Shown: positions 18,820 to 27,881, counted from the stretch's first letter. The stretch is 32,000 nucleotides of DNA from Phycisphaera mikurensis NBRC 102666 (GCF_000284115.1 NC_017080.1:630001-662000), one strand, 5' to 3'. The notes: a model not told the origin generated them from the letters alone. Made by a program: numbers and translations.

Positions 18820-18851
18820 GAAGCCGGTCCCCGGGGGCCGGCTTCTTTTTT
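18820..18851 (+). terminator. Intrinsic terminator after prepilin-like gene 1
   Basis: GAAGCCGG-tccccggggg-CCGGCTTC-TTTTTT. Confidence 0.88.
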
Positions 18852-18962
18852 GCGCGTCACGCGGACCGGCCGAGGGCGTTCGGCGGCGCTAGCGAGAAGG
18901 AGCGACGGGGCGTGGGAGGTCCCGGGCAGCGGCCGATTCTTATAGGACATTCCGGCGAGTCC

Positions 18963-18991
18963 TTGACAGGCTGCCGCACCCCTGGCAGAAT
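18963..18991 (+). promoter_or_regulatory. Sigma70-like promoter candidate for prepilin-like gene 2
   Basis: TTGACA (18963-18968), 17-bp spacer, CAGAAT (18986-18991). Confidence 0.55.
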
Positions 18992-18997
18992 GGGGCT

Positions 18998-19449
18998 TGT
19001 CCCGGCACTCCTCGGGACCCGCTGGCAGGCCTTTTCCGGGGGCTGCCGCGACGGACGAGTCATCCTCGCTCTTCGGCAGCTCCAGCGATCTTGGTTTCCT
19101 GCCCCACCGGGCGTTCCGGTGAGGCCCCGCGAGTCTTCTGAGGTTCATCCGCCTGGTTCAGGGCATCCGGCCGCCGGCCGGGACGTCAGCGATCTTTCCT
19201 CCCCGCGACAGGGCAGGACGGTCCCGCCGGCGTCCGCACACCGGTCACGCCAGCACGCCGGTCGAGTTCTCTCGGCCCACTCGTGCACCCATGCCATAGT
19301 CCATCCCTTGTCTCCCGGACTCCCGCCTCCCGAGGCGGGCCCCGTTCCGGGATCCGTGCCCGGCTTCGGCCGCGGGCGGACGGCCTGCCCCTGACGAGTG
19401 ACCCCCGACGGCTCGCATCTTCCCGTTGACCCCATCTGGAGTCTTTCTC
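18998..19449 (+). ncRNA. Long (~450 nt) conserved 5' leader, copy 2, candidate structured cis-regulatory RNA
   Basis: Shares blocks CCCCACCGGGCGTTCCGGTG, CCGCGACAGGGCRGGRCGGTCCCGCC, CCGGGATCCGT, CCGGCTTCGGCCGC and TTGACCCCATCTGGAGTCTTTCTC with copy 1; hairpin CCCGCCT-CCCG-AGGCGGG at 19322-19339. Confidence 0.5.
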
Positions 19450-20394
19450 ATGCGTTCCACCCCCAAGAACGACGCTCTTTACACCCGCACCGGCGCGGGC
19501 TTCACGCTGATCGAGCTGCTCGTGGTCATCTCGATCATCGCGCTGCTGATCGGCATCCTCCTGCCGGCGCTGGGTGCGGCCCGCCGCACCGCCCGCCAGA
19601 TGCAGAACAGCACGCAGCTGCGTGGCATCCACCAAGGCATGTTCACCTACGCCCAGAGCAACAAGACCGGCGGCCGCGACGGCTACTACCCCGGCCTCGA
19701 CGCCCAGGGCAAGACGATCGTCGTCGCCGACGAGATCCCTGAGGAACAGCTCGCCGCCGACGGCAACGTGCCCGGTTACGCGGCCGCGTCCATCGCCAAC
19801 GTTCTTCCCGCGGAGATGAACACCAACATCACCACCGGTTTCATCACGCGGGCCTTCGCCGAGCTCGCCTCCGGCGACTTCATCCCCGCCGGCTCCGCCG
19901 GGTACTTCATCAACCCCGCGGACACCACCAAGTCCGAATTCGTTGCGGGTGCTGCCGCTCCCGAGGGTGAGTTCAACGCCGCGAAGATCAGCTACACGCC
20001 GCTGGACATCTCCAAGAACACCGGAGGCGGAACAGCCGTCTACCCCTACAGCGGTGAGTGGAAGGAAACCATCAACACGCAGGCCATGATCATGGCCGAC
20101 CGCGCCGTGGGTGAGGGTGATGACCTGATTGCCGCCACGCCCGATGGCTCCAGCGTCTGGACCGACGAGGGCTCCGGCGAGTGGCGTGGCTCGATCGTCC
20201 GCGGCGACGGCTCGACGAGCTTCGAGGCCTCCCCCGTCTTCACCGACGTCGGCCTCAAGTACGGCAAGCGCGTCTTCGTGGACGGCGACGTCGACAACAT
20301 CTTCGCCAGTGCTCTGACCATCACCGCCGGCGAGATCGAGGACGAGTCCGGGATCTTCTACGACGAGGCCGGCACGGCCGCCGAGAACTTCTGA
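19450..20394 (+). CDS. Prepilin-type N-terminal cleavage/methylation domain protein, copy 2
   Basis: Near-identical N-terminus to copy 1 and identical internal SSVWTDEGSGEWRGSIVRGDGSTSFEASPV. Confidence 0.92.
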   Translation: MRSTPKNDALYTRTGAGFTLIELLVVISIIALLIGILLPALGAARRTARQMQNSTQLRGIHQGMFTYAQSNKTGGRDGYYPGLDAQGKTIVVADEIPEEQLAADGNVPGYAAASIANVLPAEMNTNITTGFITRAFAELASGDFIPAGSAGYFINPADTTKSEFVAGAAAPEGEFNAAKISYTPLDISKNTGGGTAVYPYSGEWKETINTQAMIMADRAVGEGDDLIAATPDGSSVWTDEGSGEWRGSIVRGDGSTSFEASPVFTDVGLKYGKRVFVDGDVDNIFASALTITAGEIEDESGIFYDEAGTAAENF

Positions 20395-20432
20395 GCGGGC
20401 GGAGGCCGCGGCCTCCTTCCTGATCCATCGAC

Positions 20433-20465
20433 GAAGCCGGCTCGACGAGGGCCGGCTTCTGTTTT
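20433..20465 (+). terminator. Intrinsic terminator after prepilin-like gene 2
   Basis: GAAGCCGGC-tcgacgagg-GCCGGCTTC-TGTTTT. Confidence 0.85.
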
Positions 20466-20761
20466 GCGCTCCGGGCACACCGATGCGGAGCCAGGCGGAC
20501 CGCCGAGCCGCGACGGGGCTCGATGACGGCCGAAGGCGATGCCGATGCCCGATGCGGCCTGCCGACGCGATTGGACTCCACGCTGATCGAGTCCTACACG
20601 GTTGGAAGCACCCCGCTTCTCGCGGAGTCCACCGGTGGCGACTGTGGCCTCGATTCGGCCGTGTCCGGCGCGGCGCACCGATCCGCCAAGCGGGTCCGCC
20701 CGGCCGCGCCGCTCGCTTCCGGCCGCCCCCGAACCCGCGCCTCGCCGTCGCGGGAGGTCCC

Positions 20762-20868
20762 CGTGTCGCGCATCCGGCGTTTCCGCGACACGTCCCGCCG
20801 ACATGTCGCAGCCCGCGACATCAGCTTCCGGTCATGTCGCAGAAAGGACGAAAAGAGAACATGTCGCG
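20762..20868 (+). promoter_or_regulatory. Operator-like cluster of GTCGC/GCGAC half-sites upstream of the Fic gene
   Basis: IR1 CGTGTCGCG (20762-20770)/CGCGACACG (20784-20792); IR2 ATGTCGC (20803-20809)/GCGACAT (20815-20821); further CATGTCGC at 20833 and 20860. Confidence 0.45.
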
Positions 20869-21991
20869 GCCGGTGTGGCGGCCCCAGCACCCGTGGAACG
20901 GGTTGCCCGCGCTCCAGAAGAGCGTCGCGGCTTTCGAAACCGTTCCGGTGCTCCGCCGGTGCATCCGCTCCCGGGCGGCGCTCGCGGAGCTGAAGCAGGC
21001 GGCGGAGCGGTTCCCGAACCAGGCGGTGCTCATCGGGACGATCCCGCTGCTGGAGGCCCAGGCGAGCTCCGCGATCGAGAACATCGTCACCACGCAGGAT
21101 CAGCTCTTCCGGCTCCAACGGGCGGAGGACGTGGCCGATCCTGCGGCGAAGGAGGCCCTGCGCTACCGCCACGCGCTCCTGGAGGGCTTCGCCACGCTGC
21201 GGGATCGGCCGCTGACCACCGCCACGGCCGAAGCCGTCTGCGGCCGCATCCGCGGCGTCGAGACGCGCGTGCGGCCGATGGCCGGCACCACGCTCGCAAA
21301 CCCCGCCACCGGCGAGGTCGTCTACACACCGCCCGAGGGGGAGGACCGTCTGCGCAGGATGCTCGCGGCGTGGGAGCGGTACCCCAACGAGCCTTCGGAG
21401 CTGGACCCGCTGATCCGCATGGCGGCGGGGCACCACCAGTTCGAAGCCATCCACCCCTTTCACGACGGCAACGGCCGCACCGGCCGGATCCTCAACAGCC
21501 TCTTCCTGATCCAGGAGGAGCTGCTGACGCTGCCCGTCCTGTACCTCAGCCGGTACATCATCGCCCACAAAGCGGAGTATTACGGGCTTCTGTTGGAGGT
21601 CACGCGCAGCGCCGCGTGGGAGCCTTGGATCCTCTACATGCTCCGCGGCGTGGAGGAGACCGCGATCTGGACGACCGCGAAGATCGGCGGGATCCGCCGC
21701 CTCTTCGACGAGACGGTGGAGCACGTGCGGGCCACCGTCCCCCGCACGTACCGGCACGAGCTGATCGTCCTGCTCTTCGAGCAGCCGTACCTCCGCATCC
21801 AGAACCTCTTCGAGGCCGGGATCGCGCAGCGGCAGGCGGCGTCCCGCCAGCTCCGCCAGCTGGTCGACGCCGGCGTGCTCCGGGAGGTGGAAGCCGGGCG
21901 CGAGAAGCTCTTTTTGAACCCGCGCCTGATGCGTCTGCTCACCAGCGACAGCAACGGCTGGACGCCGTTCCCGGGCCCCGCGGGCAGATGA
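20861..21991 (+). CDS. Fic family protein (probable AMPylase with N-terminal inhibitory motif)
   Basis: HPFHDGNGRTGRILNSLFL matches the Fic core HPFxxGNGRxxR; N-terminal TIPLLEAQASSAIENIVTT contains (S/T)xxxE(G/N). ATG at 20834 is an alternative in-frame start. Confidence 0.93.
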   Translation: MSRPVWRPQHPWNGLPALQKSVAAFETVPVLRRCIRSRAALAELKQAAERFPNQAVLIGTIPLLEAQASSAIENIVTTQDQLFRLQRAEDVADPAAKEALRYRHALLEGFATLRDRPLTTATAEAVCGRIRGVETRVRPMAGTTLANPATGEVVYTPPEGEDRLRRMLAAWERYPNEPSELDPLIRMAAGHHQFEAIHPFHDGNGRTGRILNSLFLIQEELLTLPVLYLSRYIIAHKAEYYGLLLEVTRSAAWEPWILYMLRGVEETAIWTTAKIGGIRRLFDETVEHVRATVPRTYRHELIVLLFEQPYLRIQNLFEAGIAQRQAASRQLRQLVDAGVLREVEAGREKLFLNPRLMRLLTSDSNGWTPFPGPAGR

Positions 21992-22092
21992 AGGCGCGCG
22001 ATTTGCCGCCGGCCTGGCGCTGCCGCGGACCGTTGCCCTTCCGGCCGCTTCGCCGCCGCGGTCCGCGGATCCGCCGCCCGTAAAGTCTCCGC

Positions 22093-23355
22093 ATGCCCAT
22101 CCACCGCCGGAAAACGCGACAGGTCTCGGTCGGTGACGAACGCGTGGGCGTGGTGAAGATCGGCGGCGACGCGCCGGTGAGCGTGCAGTCGATGACCTCG
22201 GGCTACACCTTCGAGGTCGACGCCTGCGTGGCCGAGATCAACCGCCTCGCCGACGCCGGGGCGGACATCGTCCGCGTCGCCGTGCCCAACAAGAAGGACA
22301 CGGCGGCGCTCAAGGACGTGCTGCCGCGGGTGAAGGTGCCGATCGTCGCCGACGTCCACTTCCACTTCGGCCGGGCTCTGGAGGCGGTGGAGTCGGGCGT
22401 GCACAAGATCCGCCTGAACCCCGGCAACATCCAGGACCGCGGCCACGTCAAGGAGGTGATCGCCGCGTGCAAGGAGAGAGGCCTGCCGATCCGGATCGGG
22501 GTCAACGAGGGCTCGATCATCGAGCGCAGAGACAAGCAGAAGCGGATGCGCGAGCTGGGCGGGGTCTTCAGCGATTCGAAGCACGGCCACTTCCTGGCGA
22601 TCATGATCGCGAAGCTCGAGGAGTACCTCGACATCTTCTACGAGGAGGGCTTCTTCGACCTCACGATCTCCGCGAAGAGCCCCGACCCCGGCCTGGTGAT
22701 CGAGGCCTACGAGGCCGTCTCGGCACGCTTCGACCACCCTCTGCACCTGGGCGTCACCCACGCCGGCCCGCGGGAGACCGGCGCCATCCGCAGCGTCGTG
22801 CCGCTGGGCCACCTGCTCGCCAGCGGGATCGGCGACACCGTCCGCATCAGCTACGCGAGCGACCCGGTCCTCGAGGTGGAGGACGCGCTGGAGATGCTGT
22901 ACTGCCTGGGCCTCCGCGAGCGGCGGGGCGTCGACCTGATCGCCTGCCCCACCTGCGGCCGCATCGAGGTCGACCTCTTCACGCTGGTGCAGGACGTGCG
23001 GGCCAAGCTGGCGGACGAGATCAAGCTGCCGATCAAGGTCGCGGTGATGGGCTGCATCGTCAACGGCCCCGGCGAGGCCGAGGGCGCCGACGTCGCCGTC
23101 TTCGCCGGCAAGCAGCGGGGCATCCTCTACGTGCAGGGCGCCAAGGTGGCGACGGTGCCGGAGTCCGAGATCCTCGACCGGCTGCTCCTCGAAGCGAAGC
23201 GGTTCGAGGCCAGGGTGCTGGCGGGCGAAGCGAAGCTCGGCGAGAAGGTCGTCGAGATCCTGCCCCCGGATCCGCTGGGCGAGGTCGGCCGCGACTGGAC
23301 CACCGGCGCCGAGGCGGCTCCGGGCCGGGCGGAGCTGACGGTGGGGCGGTCCTGA
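22093..23355 (+). CDS. ispG: (E)-4-hydroxy-3-methylbut-2-enyl-diphosphate synthase (flavodoxin)
   Basis: VGVVKIGGDAPVSVQSMTSGYT, HKIRLNPGNI, LIACPTCGRIEVDLF, VMGCIVNGPGEAEGADV. Confidence 0.97.
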   Translation: MPIHRRKTRQVSVGDERVGVVKIGGDAPVSVQSMTSGYTFEVDACVAEINRLADAGADIVRVAVPNKKDTAALKDVLPRVKVPIVADVHFHFGRALEAVESGVHKIRLNPGNIQDRGHVKEVIAACKERGLPIRIGVNEGSIIERRDKQKRMRELGGVFSDSKHGHFLAIMIAKLEEYLDIFYEEGFFDLTISAKSPDPGLVIEAYEAVSARFDHPLHLGVTHAGPRETGAIRSVVPLGHLLASGIGDTVRISYASDPVLEVEDALEMLYCLGLRERRGVDLIACPTCGRIEVDLFTLVQDVRAKLADEIKLPIKVAVMGCIVNGPGEAEGADVAVFAGKQRGILYVQGAKVATVPESEILDRLLLEAKRFEARVLAGEAKLGEKVVEILPPDPLGEVGRDWTTGAEAAPGRAELTVGRS

Positions 23356-23433
23356 GGGTTCGGGCTCCTTCAGGGGCCTCGCTTCTTCGATGCGTCTCCG
23401 CGCAGCGCTGCGCGTGCGTGCACGAGCCCTCCG

Positions 23434-24579
23434 TCAGCTCCCCACCGTGCCGAAGCGCCCGAGCGCCCGGAGCCGCTCGTAGCGGCGGTTCACGAGGTTG
23501 TCGGGCTTGAAGCGCTTCAGCTCGCGGAGCTCCTTGGCGATCCACTTCTCCAGCAGCTCGGCCATGAGCTTCGGCCGGCGGTGGGCGCCGCCGAGGGGCT
23601 CCTGGATGATGGCGTCGATGGTGCCCACGGCGAGGTTGTCGGCGGCGGTGAGCCGCAGCGATTCGGCGGCCTTCGCGTTGTTGGTGGGGTTCGCCTCCTT
23701 CCAGAGGATCGCGGCGCAGCCCTCGGGGGAGATCACCGAGTACCAGCTGTACTGCAGCATCGCCAGCCGGTCGGCGACGCCGATGCCGATGGCCCCGCCG
23801 CTGCCGCCCTCGCCGATGACGATCGAGAGGATCGGCACCTTCAAGCGGCTCATCTCCCGCAGGTTGACCGCGATCGCTTCGGCTTGGCCGCGCTCCTCGG
23901 CGCCGATGCCGGGGTAGGCGCCCTGGGTGTCGATCAGCGTGACCACGGGGAGGCCGAACTTCTCGGCGAGCTTCATGCAGCGCAGCGCCTTGCGGTAGCC
24001 CTCGGGGTGGGCGCAGCCGAAGTGGCACCGCATCCGGCTCTTGGTGTCCTTGCCCTTCTGGTGGGCGACCAGCAGCACCTTCTGGCCGCCGATGCGGCCG
24101 AAGCCGGTGAGAATCGCGGGGTCGTCGCCGAAGTGCCGGTCGCCGTGCAGCTCGGTGAAGTCCCGGACGAAGGCGCCGATGTAGTCGGTGCTCTGCGGCC
24201 GGCCGGGATGCCGTGCCACCTGCACGGTCTTCCAAGCATCGAGCTTGCCGTAGAGCTTCCGCAGCATCGCCGTGTGCGTCGCCCGCAGGCCGGCGATCTC
24301 GTCGCCGACCTCCAGCGTCGGATCGATGCCGACGGCGGAGCGGTCCGGATCGGCCTGCGCCTCGAGCTCCTCGATCTGCCGCTCCAGCGCGATCAGCGGC
24401 TTCTCGAAGGCGAGCTCGTGCGTGCCCTCGTACGCGTCGCCGGGGACGGCGCGGCCGAGGCTCGCCTCCTCGGTGAGCTCTTCGAGGGTGCGGTCGAGCA
24501 CGCGGCGGCGCGGGGCGTCGTCGCTGTCGACGGCCGCCTCGGCGGGGGCATCGCTTCGGGTGGGGGGAGGGCTGGGCAT
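23434..24579 (-). CDS. accA: Acetyl-CoA carboxylase carboxyltransferase subunit alpha
   Basis: RPQSTDYIGAFVRDFTELHGDRHFGDDPAI, LIDTQGAYPGIGAEERGQAEAIA, IGEGGSGGAIGI, SVISPEGCAAILWK. Confidence 0.97.
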   Translation of the reverse strand: MPSPPPTRSDAPAEAAVDSDDAPRRRVLDRTLEELTEEASLGRAVPGDAYEGTHELAFEKPLIALERQIEELEAQADPDRSAVGIDPTLEVGDEIAGLRATHTAMLRKLYGKLDAWKTVQVARHPGRPQSTDYIGAFVRDFTELHGDRHFGDDPAILTGFGRIGGQKVLLVAHQKGKDTKSRMRCHFGCAHPEGYRKALRCMKLAEKFGLPVVTLIDTQGAYPGIGAEERGQAEAIAVNLREMSRLKVPILSIVIGEGGSGGAIGIGVADRLAMLQYSWYSVISPEGCAAILWKEANPTNNAKAAESLRLTAADNLAVGTIDAIIQEPLGGAHRRPKLMAELLEKWIAKELRELKRFKPDNLVNRRYERLRALGRFGTVGS

Positions 24580-24638
24580 CGGGCTCGGCGATCGTAAGCG
24601 TTTCGGGTGGGCTGGGAGGCTCCCCGTACGCTCCGGGC

Positions 24639-25589
24639 GTGCCGGACGACGCTCCCGATTGCGATGCCCAAGCCGGGGCGGGCCTGGACGCGGTGGCCGA
24701 GGTCGTGATCATCGGCCCGGGCTTGCTGGGCGCCAGCGTGGGGCTGGGCCTGCGGGCGGCGGGCTGGGCGGGCCGGATCACCGGCGTCGCCCGCAGCGCC
24801 GCCACGCTGGACGCGGCCGCCGCGGTCGGCGCCATCGACGGCGGCTTCGACGATCCCGAACCCGCGCTCGCCAACCTGAGCGGGCCGTCGCTGGTGATCG
24901 TCGCGGTGCCGCTGTCGGGGTTCGCGGCCGTGTTCAAGAAGATCGCCCCGCACCAGCGGCGGGGCCTGGTGACCACGGACCTCGGCTCGGTGAAGGCGCC
25001 CGCCGCGGCCGAGGCGAAGCGGCACCTCGCCCAGCCGCAGTTCTACGTGCCCGCCCACCCGATGGCGGGCTCGGAGAAGAGCGGGCCGGCCGCCGCGACC
25101 GCGGGCCTCTTCCGCGGCCGGCCGTGCGTGCTGTGCCCCGACGACGCCACCGACGCCGGCGCCCTCGCGCGTGTCGCCGCGCTCTTCGAGCGGCTCGGCG
25201 GGGAGGTCGTGACGATGACCGCCGCCGAGCACGACGCCCGCGTCGCCGCCGTCTCGCACCTGCCGCACCTCGCCTCGGTGCTGATCGCCCAGACCGCCGC
25301 CGCCATGGGCGCCGCCGCCGGTTCGGCCGGCCCCCCCGACGGCCGGGGGGCGCAGCCGCTGCAGCTCGCCTCGACCGGCTTCCGCGGGGCCACCCGCCTC
25401 GCCCTCTCGAACCCGCCGATGCGTCGCGACATCGTCCTCGCCAACCGCGAACGCATCGGCGAGGCGCTCGACCGCTTCGCCAAGCAGCTCAACCAGCTGC
25501 GGGGGGAGATCCGCAAGGGCGACCACGACGCGCTGCTCGCGCGCCTCGAAGAGGCCCAGGGGATCCGGGCCTCCGTCGAGGGCGACTGA
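24639..25589 (+). CDS. Prephenate dehydrogenase (TyrA-like)
   Basis: VVIIGPGLLGASVGLGLR (Rossmann), TTDLGSVK, PAHPMAGSEKSGPAAATAGLFRG, VSHLPHLAS. Confidence 0.92.
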   Translation: MPDDAPDCDAQAGAGLDAVAEVVIIGPGLLGASVGLGLRAAGWAGRITGVARSAATLDAAAAVGAIDGGFDDPEPALANLSGPSLVIVAVPLSGFAAVFKKIAPHQRRGLVTTDLGSVKAPAAAEAKRHLAQPQFYVPAHPMAGSEKSGPAAATAGLFRGRPCVLCPDDATDAGALARVAALFERLGGEVVTMTAAEHDARVAAVSHLPHLASVLIAQTAAAMGAAAGSAGPPDGRGAQPLQLASTGFRGATRLALSNPPMRRDIVLANRERIGEALDRFAKQLNQLRGEIRKGDHDALLARLEEAQGIRASVEGD

Positions 25590-25903
25590 GGCCGCGGGGC
25601 GGCGCGAGCTCGGGCCGCCCGTCGGGGCGAGGGCGGCGGTCCTCGCCGGGCAGCCGCTCCTCGCTGGGCAAGACCGTGCTTCCGGCTCCAGCCCCTCAGG
25701 GATCTCCACCGGCCCCGGGCGGCGCAACCGGAACAATGTTCACCGCTGCCGTTAAGTCGCCGCGGCCGCCGCACGATGACTTGCCTGTTGCCCGACCGGC
25801 GTCTACCGGATCGGCACGAGGATCGGGTTGGGGCTCGTCGCCCCGGCTTCCGTGCCCAAGAGCAACCGGCAGCGGCCACGCGGCTGCCGACATCCGCCCG
25901 GCA

Positions 25904-25931
25904 GGCCCGCCCCCATGGAGGGAGGCGGGCC
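25904..25931 (+). promoter_or_regulatory. 8-bp hairpin in the flagellin leader with GGA-containing loop
   Basis: GGCCCGCC-CCCATGGAGGGA-GGCGGGCC about 45 nt upstream of the flagellin ATG. Confidence 0.4.
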
Positions 25932-25974
25932 GGGGCGTCCCGCCGGATGCCGGTAGAGAAAGCAGAAGCCTTTT

Positions 25975-27462
25975 ATGAGTCGGATCAACACCAACGTCAG
26001 CTCCTTGCTCGCACAGCGATCGCTGGGAGCCACCAACAGAACCCTCAACCAGTCGCTCGAGCGGCTGTCCACGGGCCTCCGCATCAACCGCGGTGCGGAC
26101 GATCCCGCCGGCCTGATCGCCAGCGAGAACCTGCGGAGCCAGAAGGTCTCCATCACCTCGGCCATCGACAACGCCGAGCGTGCCGAGCAGGTCGTCAACA
26201 TCGCCGAGGGCGGCCTCGGCGAGATCAACAGCCTCCTGCTGGAGGTCCAGAGCCTCGTCGGGGCGTCGGCCAACGAGGCCGGCATCTCCGACGCGGAGAA
26301 GGAGGCCAACCAGCTGGAGATCGACTCGATCGTCCAGACGATCGACCGGATCGCCAGCACCACCAGCTTCCAGGGCACCAAGCTGCTCAACGGCAACTAC
26401 GGCTTCCAGACCGAAGCCGTCGACGCCAACGTGGAGAACATCACCGTCAACGCCGCGAAGATCCCCTTCGGCGAGAGCCGCGACGTGGAGGTCCTCGTGA
26501 CCGGCGAGGCCCAGAAGGGCGGCGTCGTGCTCTCCTTCGGCGGCACGGAGGTCAGCGGCACCGGCGGCGAGCTGTTCACCATCGACGTCACCGGCACCGG
26601 CGGCTCCCGCCAGTTCACCTTCGCCAGCGGCACCGGCATCGCCGACATCAGCTCCGCCATCAACACCTTCTCCGACGTCACCGGCGTCACCGCCTCGGCC
26701 AGCGGCACGGCGCTGAACCTCAGCTCCGAGGGCTTCGGCTCCGACGACTTCGTCTCGATCGACGTCGTGAACGCCGCCGGGCTCACCGGCAACGTGGCCC
26801 GCCTCTCCGGTGCCGCCGTCCAGGCCAGCGACCCGGGCACCACCGCCCTCGCCGACGTCACCAGCCCGCTGCGGGACGAGGGCGTCGACGTCAAGGCGAC
26901 GATCAACGGCGTCAACGCGACCGGCAAGGGCCTCGAGGCGAAGATCAGCACCGACTTCCTCGACGTCGCGGTGGAGCTCAAGGAGTCCGGCAACACCGTC
27001 GGCAAGAACGAGGCCGCGACGATCACCGGCGGCGGGGCGACGTTCAACCTCGGGCCCAACGTCGACATCGGCAACCAGGTCTCGATCGGCATCAACAACG
27101 TCGCCGCCCGCAACCTCGGCCGCGTCGGCTCGGACACCCTCGCCAGCCTCTCCTCGGGCAGCGGCCTCAACGTGGTCGACGGCGACCTCACCCAGGCCCA
27201 GAAGGTCGTCAACGCGGCCATCACCGAGGTCGCCGGCCTCCGCGGCCGCCTGGGCGCTTTCCAGAAGAACACCGTCGGCTCGACCATCCGCAGCCTCGGC
27301 GTCGCCCTGGAGAACACCTCCGCCGCCGAGTCGTCGATCCGCGACACCGACTTCGCCGCCGAAACCGCCGCCCTCACCCGGGCCCAGGTCCTCCAGCAGG
27401 CCGCGACCAGCACCTTGAGCCTCGCGAACAGCGCCCCGCAGAGCGTGCTCGGCCTCCTGTAA
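25975..27462 (+). CDS. Flagellin
   Basis: MSRINTNVSSLLAQRSLGATNRTLNQSLERLSTGLRINRGADDPAGLIASENLRSQ...; C-terminal SSIRDTDFAAETAALTRAQVLQQAATSTLSLANSAPQSVLGLL. Confidence 0.97.
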   Translation: MSRINTNVSSLLAQRSLGATNRTLNQSLERLSTGLRINRGADDPAGLIASENLRSQKVSITSAIDNAERAEQVVNIAEGGLGEINSLLLEVQSLVGASANEAGISDAEKEANQLEIDSIVQTIDRIASTTSFQGTKLLNGNYGFQTEAVDANVENITVNAAKIPFGESRDVEVLVTGEAQKGGVVLSFGGTEVSGTGGELFTIDVTGTGGSRQFTFASGTGIADISSAINTFSDVTGVTASASGTALNLSSEGFGSDDFVSIDVVNAAGLTGNVARLSGAAVQASDPGTTALADVTSPLRDEGVDVKATINGVNATGKGLEAKISTDFLDVAVELKESGNTVGKNEAATITGGGATFNLGPNVDIGNQVSIGINNVAARNLGRVGSDTLASLSSGSGLNVVDGDLTQAQKVVNAAITEVAGLRGRLGAFQKNTVGSTIRSLGVALENTSAAESSIRDTDFAAETAALTRAQVLQQAATSTLSLANSAPQSVLGLL

Positions 27463-27519
27463 GCGGGCCTCCCCAATTCACGCATCACCCGACCTGCCCC
27501 GCGGGGCGGAGGGTGGAGA

Positions 27520-27558
27520 AAACCCCCGGGCTCGCTTCTAACGGCGGGCCCGGGGTTT
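27520..27558 (+). terminator. Terminator-like hairpin after flagellin
   Basis: AAACCCCCGGGC ... GCCCGGGGTTT (one-base bulge); only a short T stretch. Confidence 0.5.
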
Positions 27559-27693
27559 CGCTTGCGCCGCGGACCGCGGCCGTTTTCCGGCCCGGATGCC
27601 CGCGGTCCGCGGCGGGGTCCGCGGCCGGTGGGGCGGAGGTCCGACGCCGGGGCGTCGGAGACGCCCGCCTCCGCGGGAAGGGGCGGGAGCGTC

Positions 27694-27881
27694 GGGACCA
27701 CGCGGCGGGAGCAGCCGCTAGGCTGAGGCCCGACGCCTCCTGGAGAGGCGGTCGGGCCCGGTGCGCGGGCGGGCACGTGAACCGGGTCAGGCCTTGACCG
27801 GAGCAGCCCTAAGCGTCGTCCGCCCGGCGCCGCCGGTGTTCTGACCGTCTCTCCAGCGGGCCTCCCGGCCCCGCCCGTCCC
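27694..27881 (+). ncRNA. ffs: Signal recognition particle RNA (domain IV certain-looking, outer boundaries approximate)
   Basis: Core GGGTCAGGCCTTGACCGGAGCAGCCCTAAGC (5' CAGG / 3' AGCA symmetric loop). Nested long helices: 27740-27753 CTGGAGAGGCGGTC with 27843-27856 GACCGTCTCTCCAG; 27725-27732 GAGGCCCG with 27857-27864 CGGGCCTC; CGGGCGG with CCGCCCG. Lies directly upstream of dnaX, as in several other bacteria. Confidence 0.85.

Noticed and set aside
17284-20478. Long antisense ORFs opposite both prepilin-like genes (509 and 430 aa)
   Set aside because: They mirror the two coding copies and arise from codon bias; similarity between them only reflects similarity of the sense genes.
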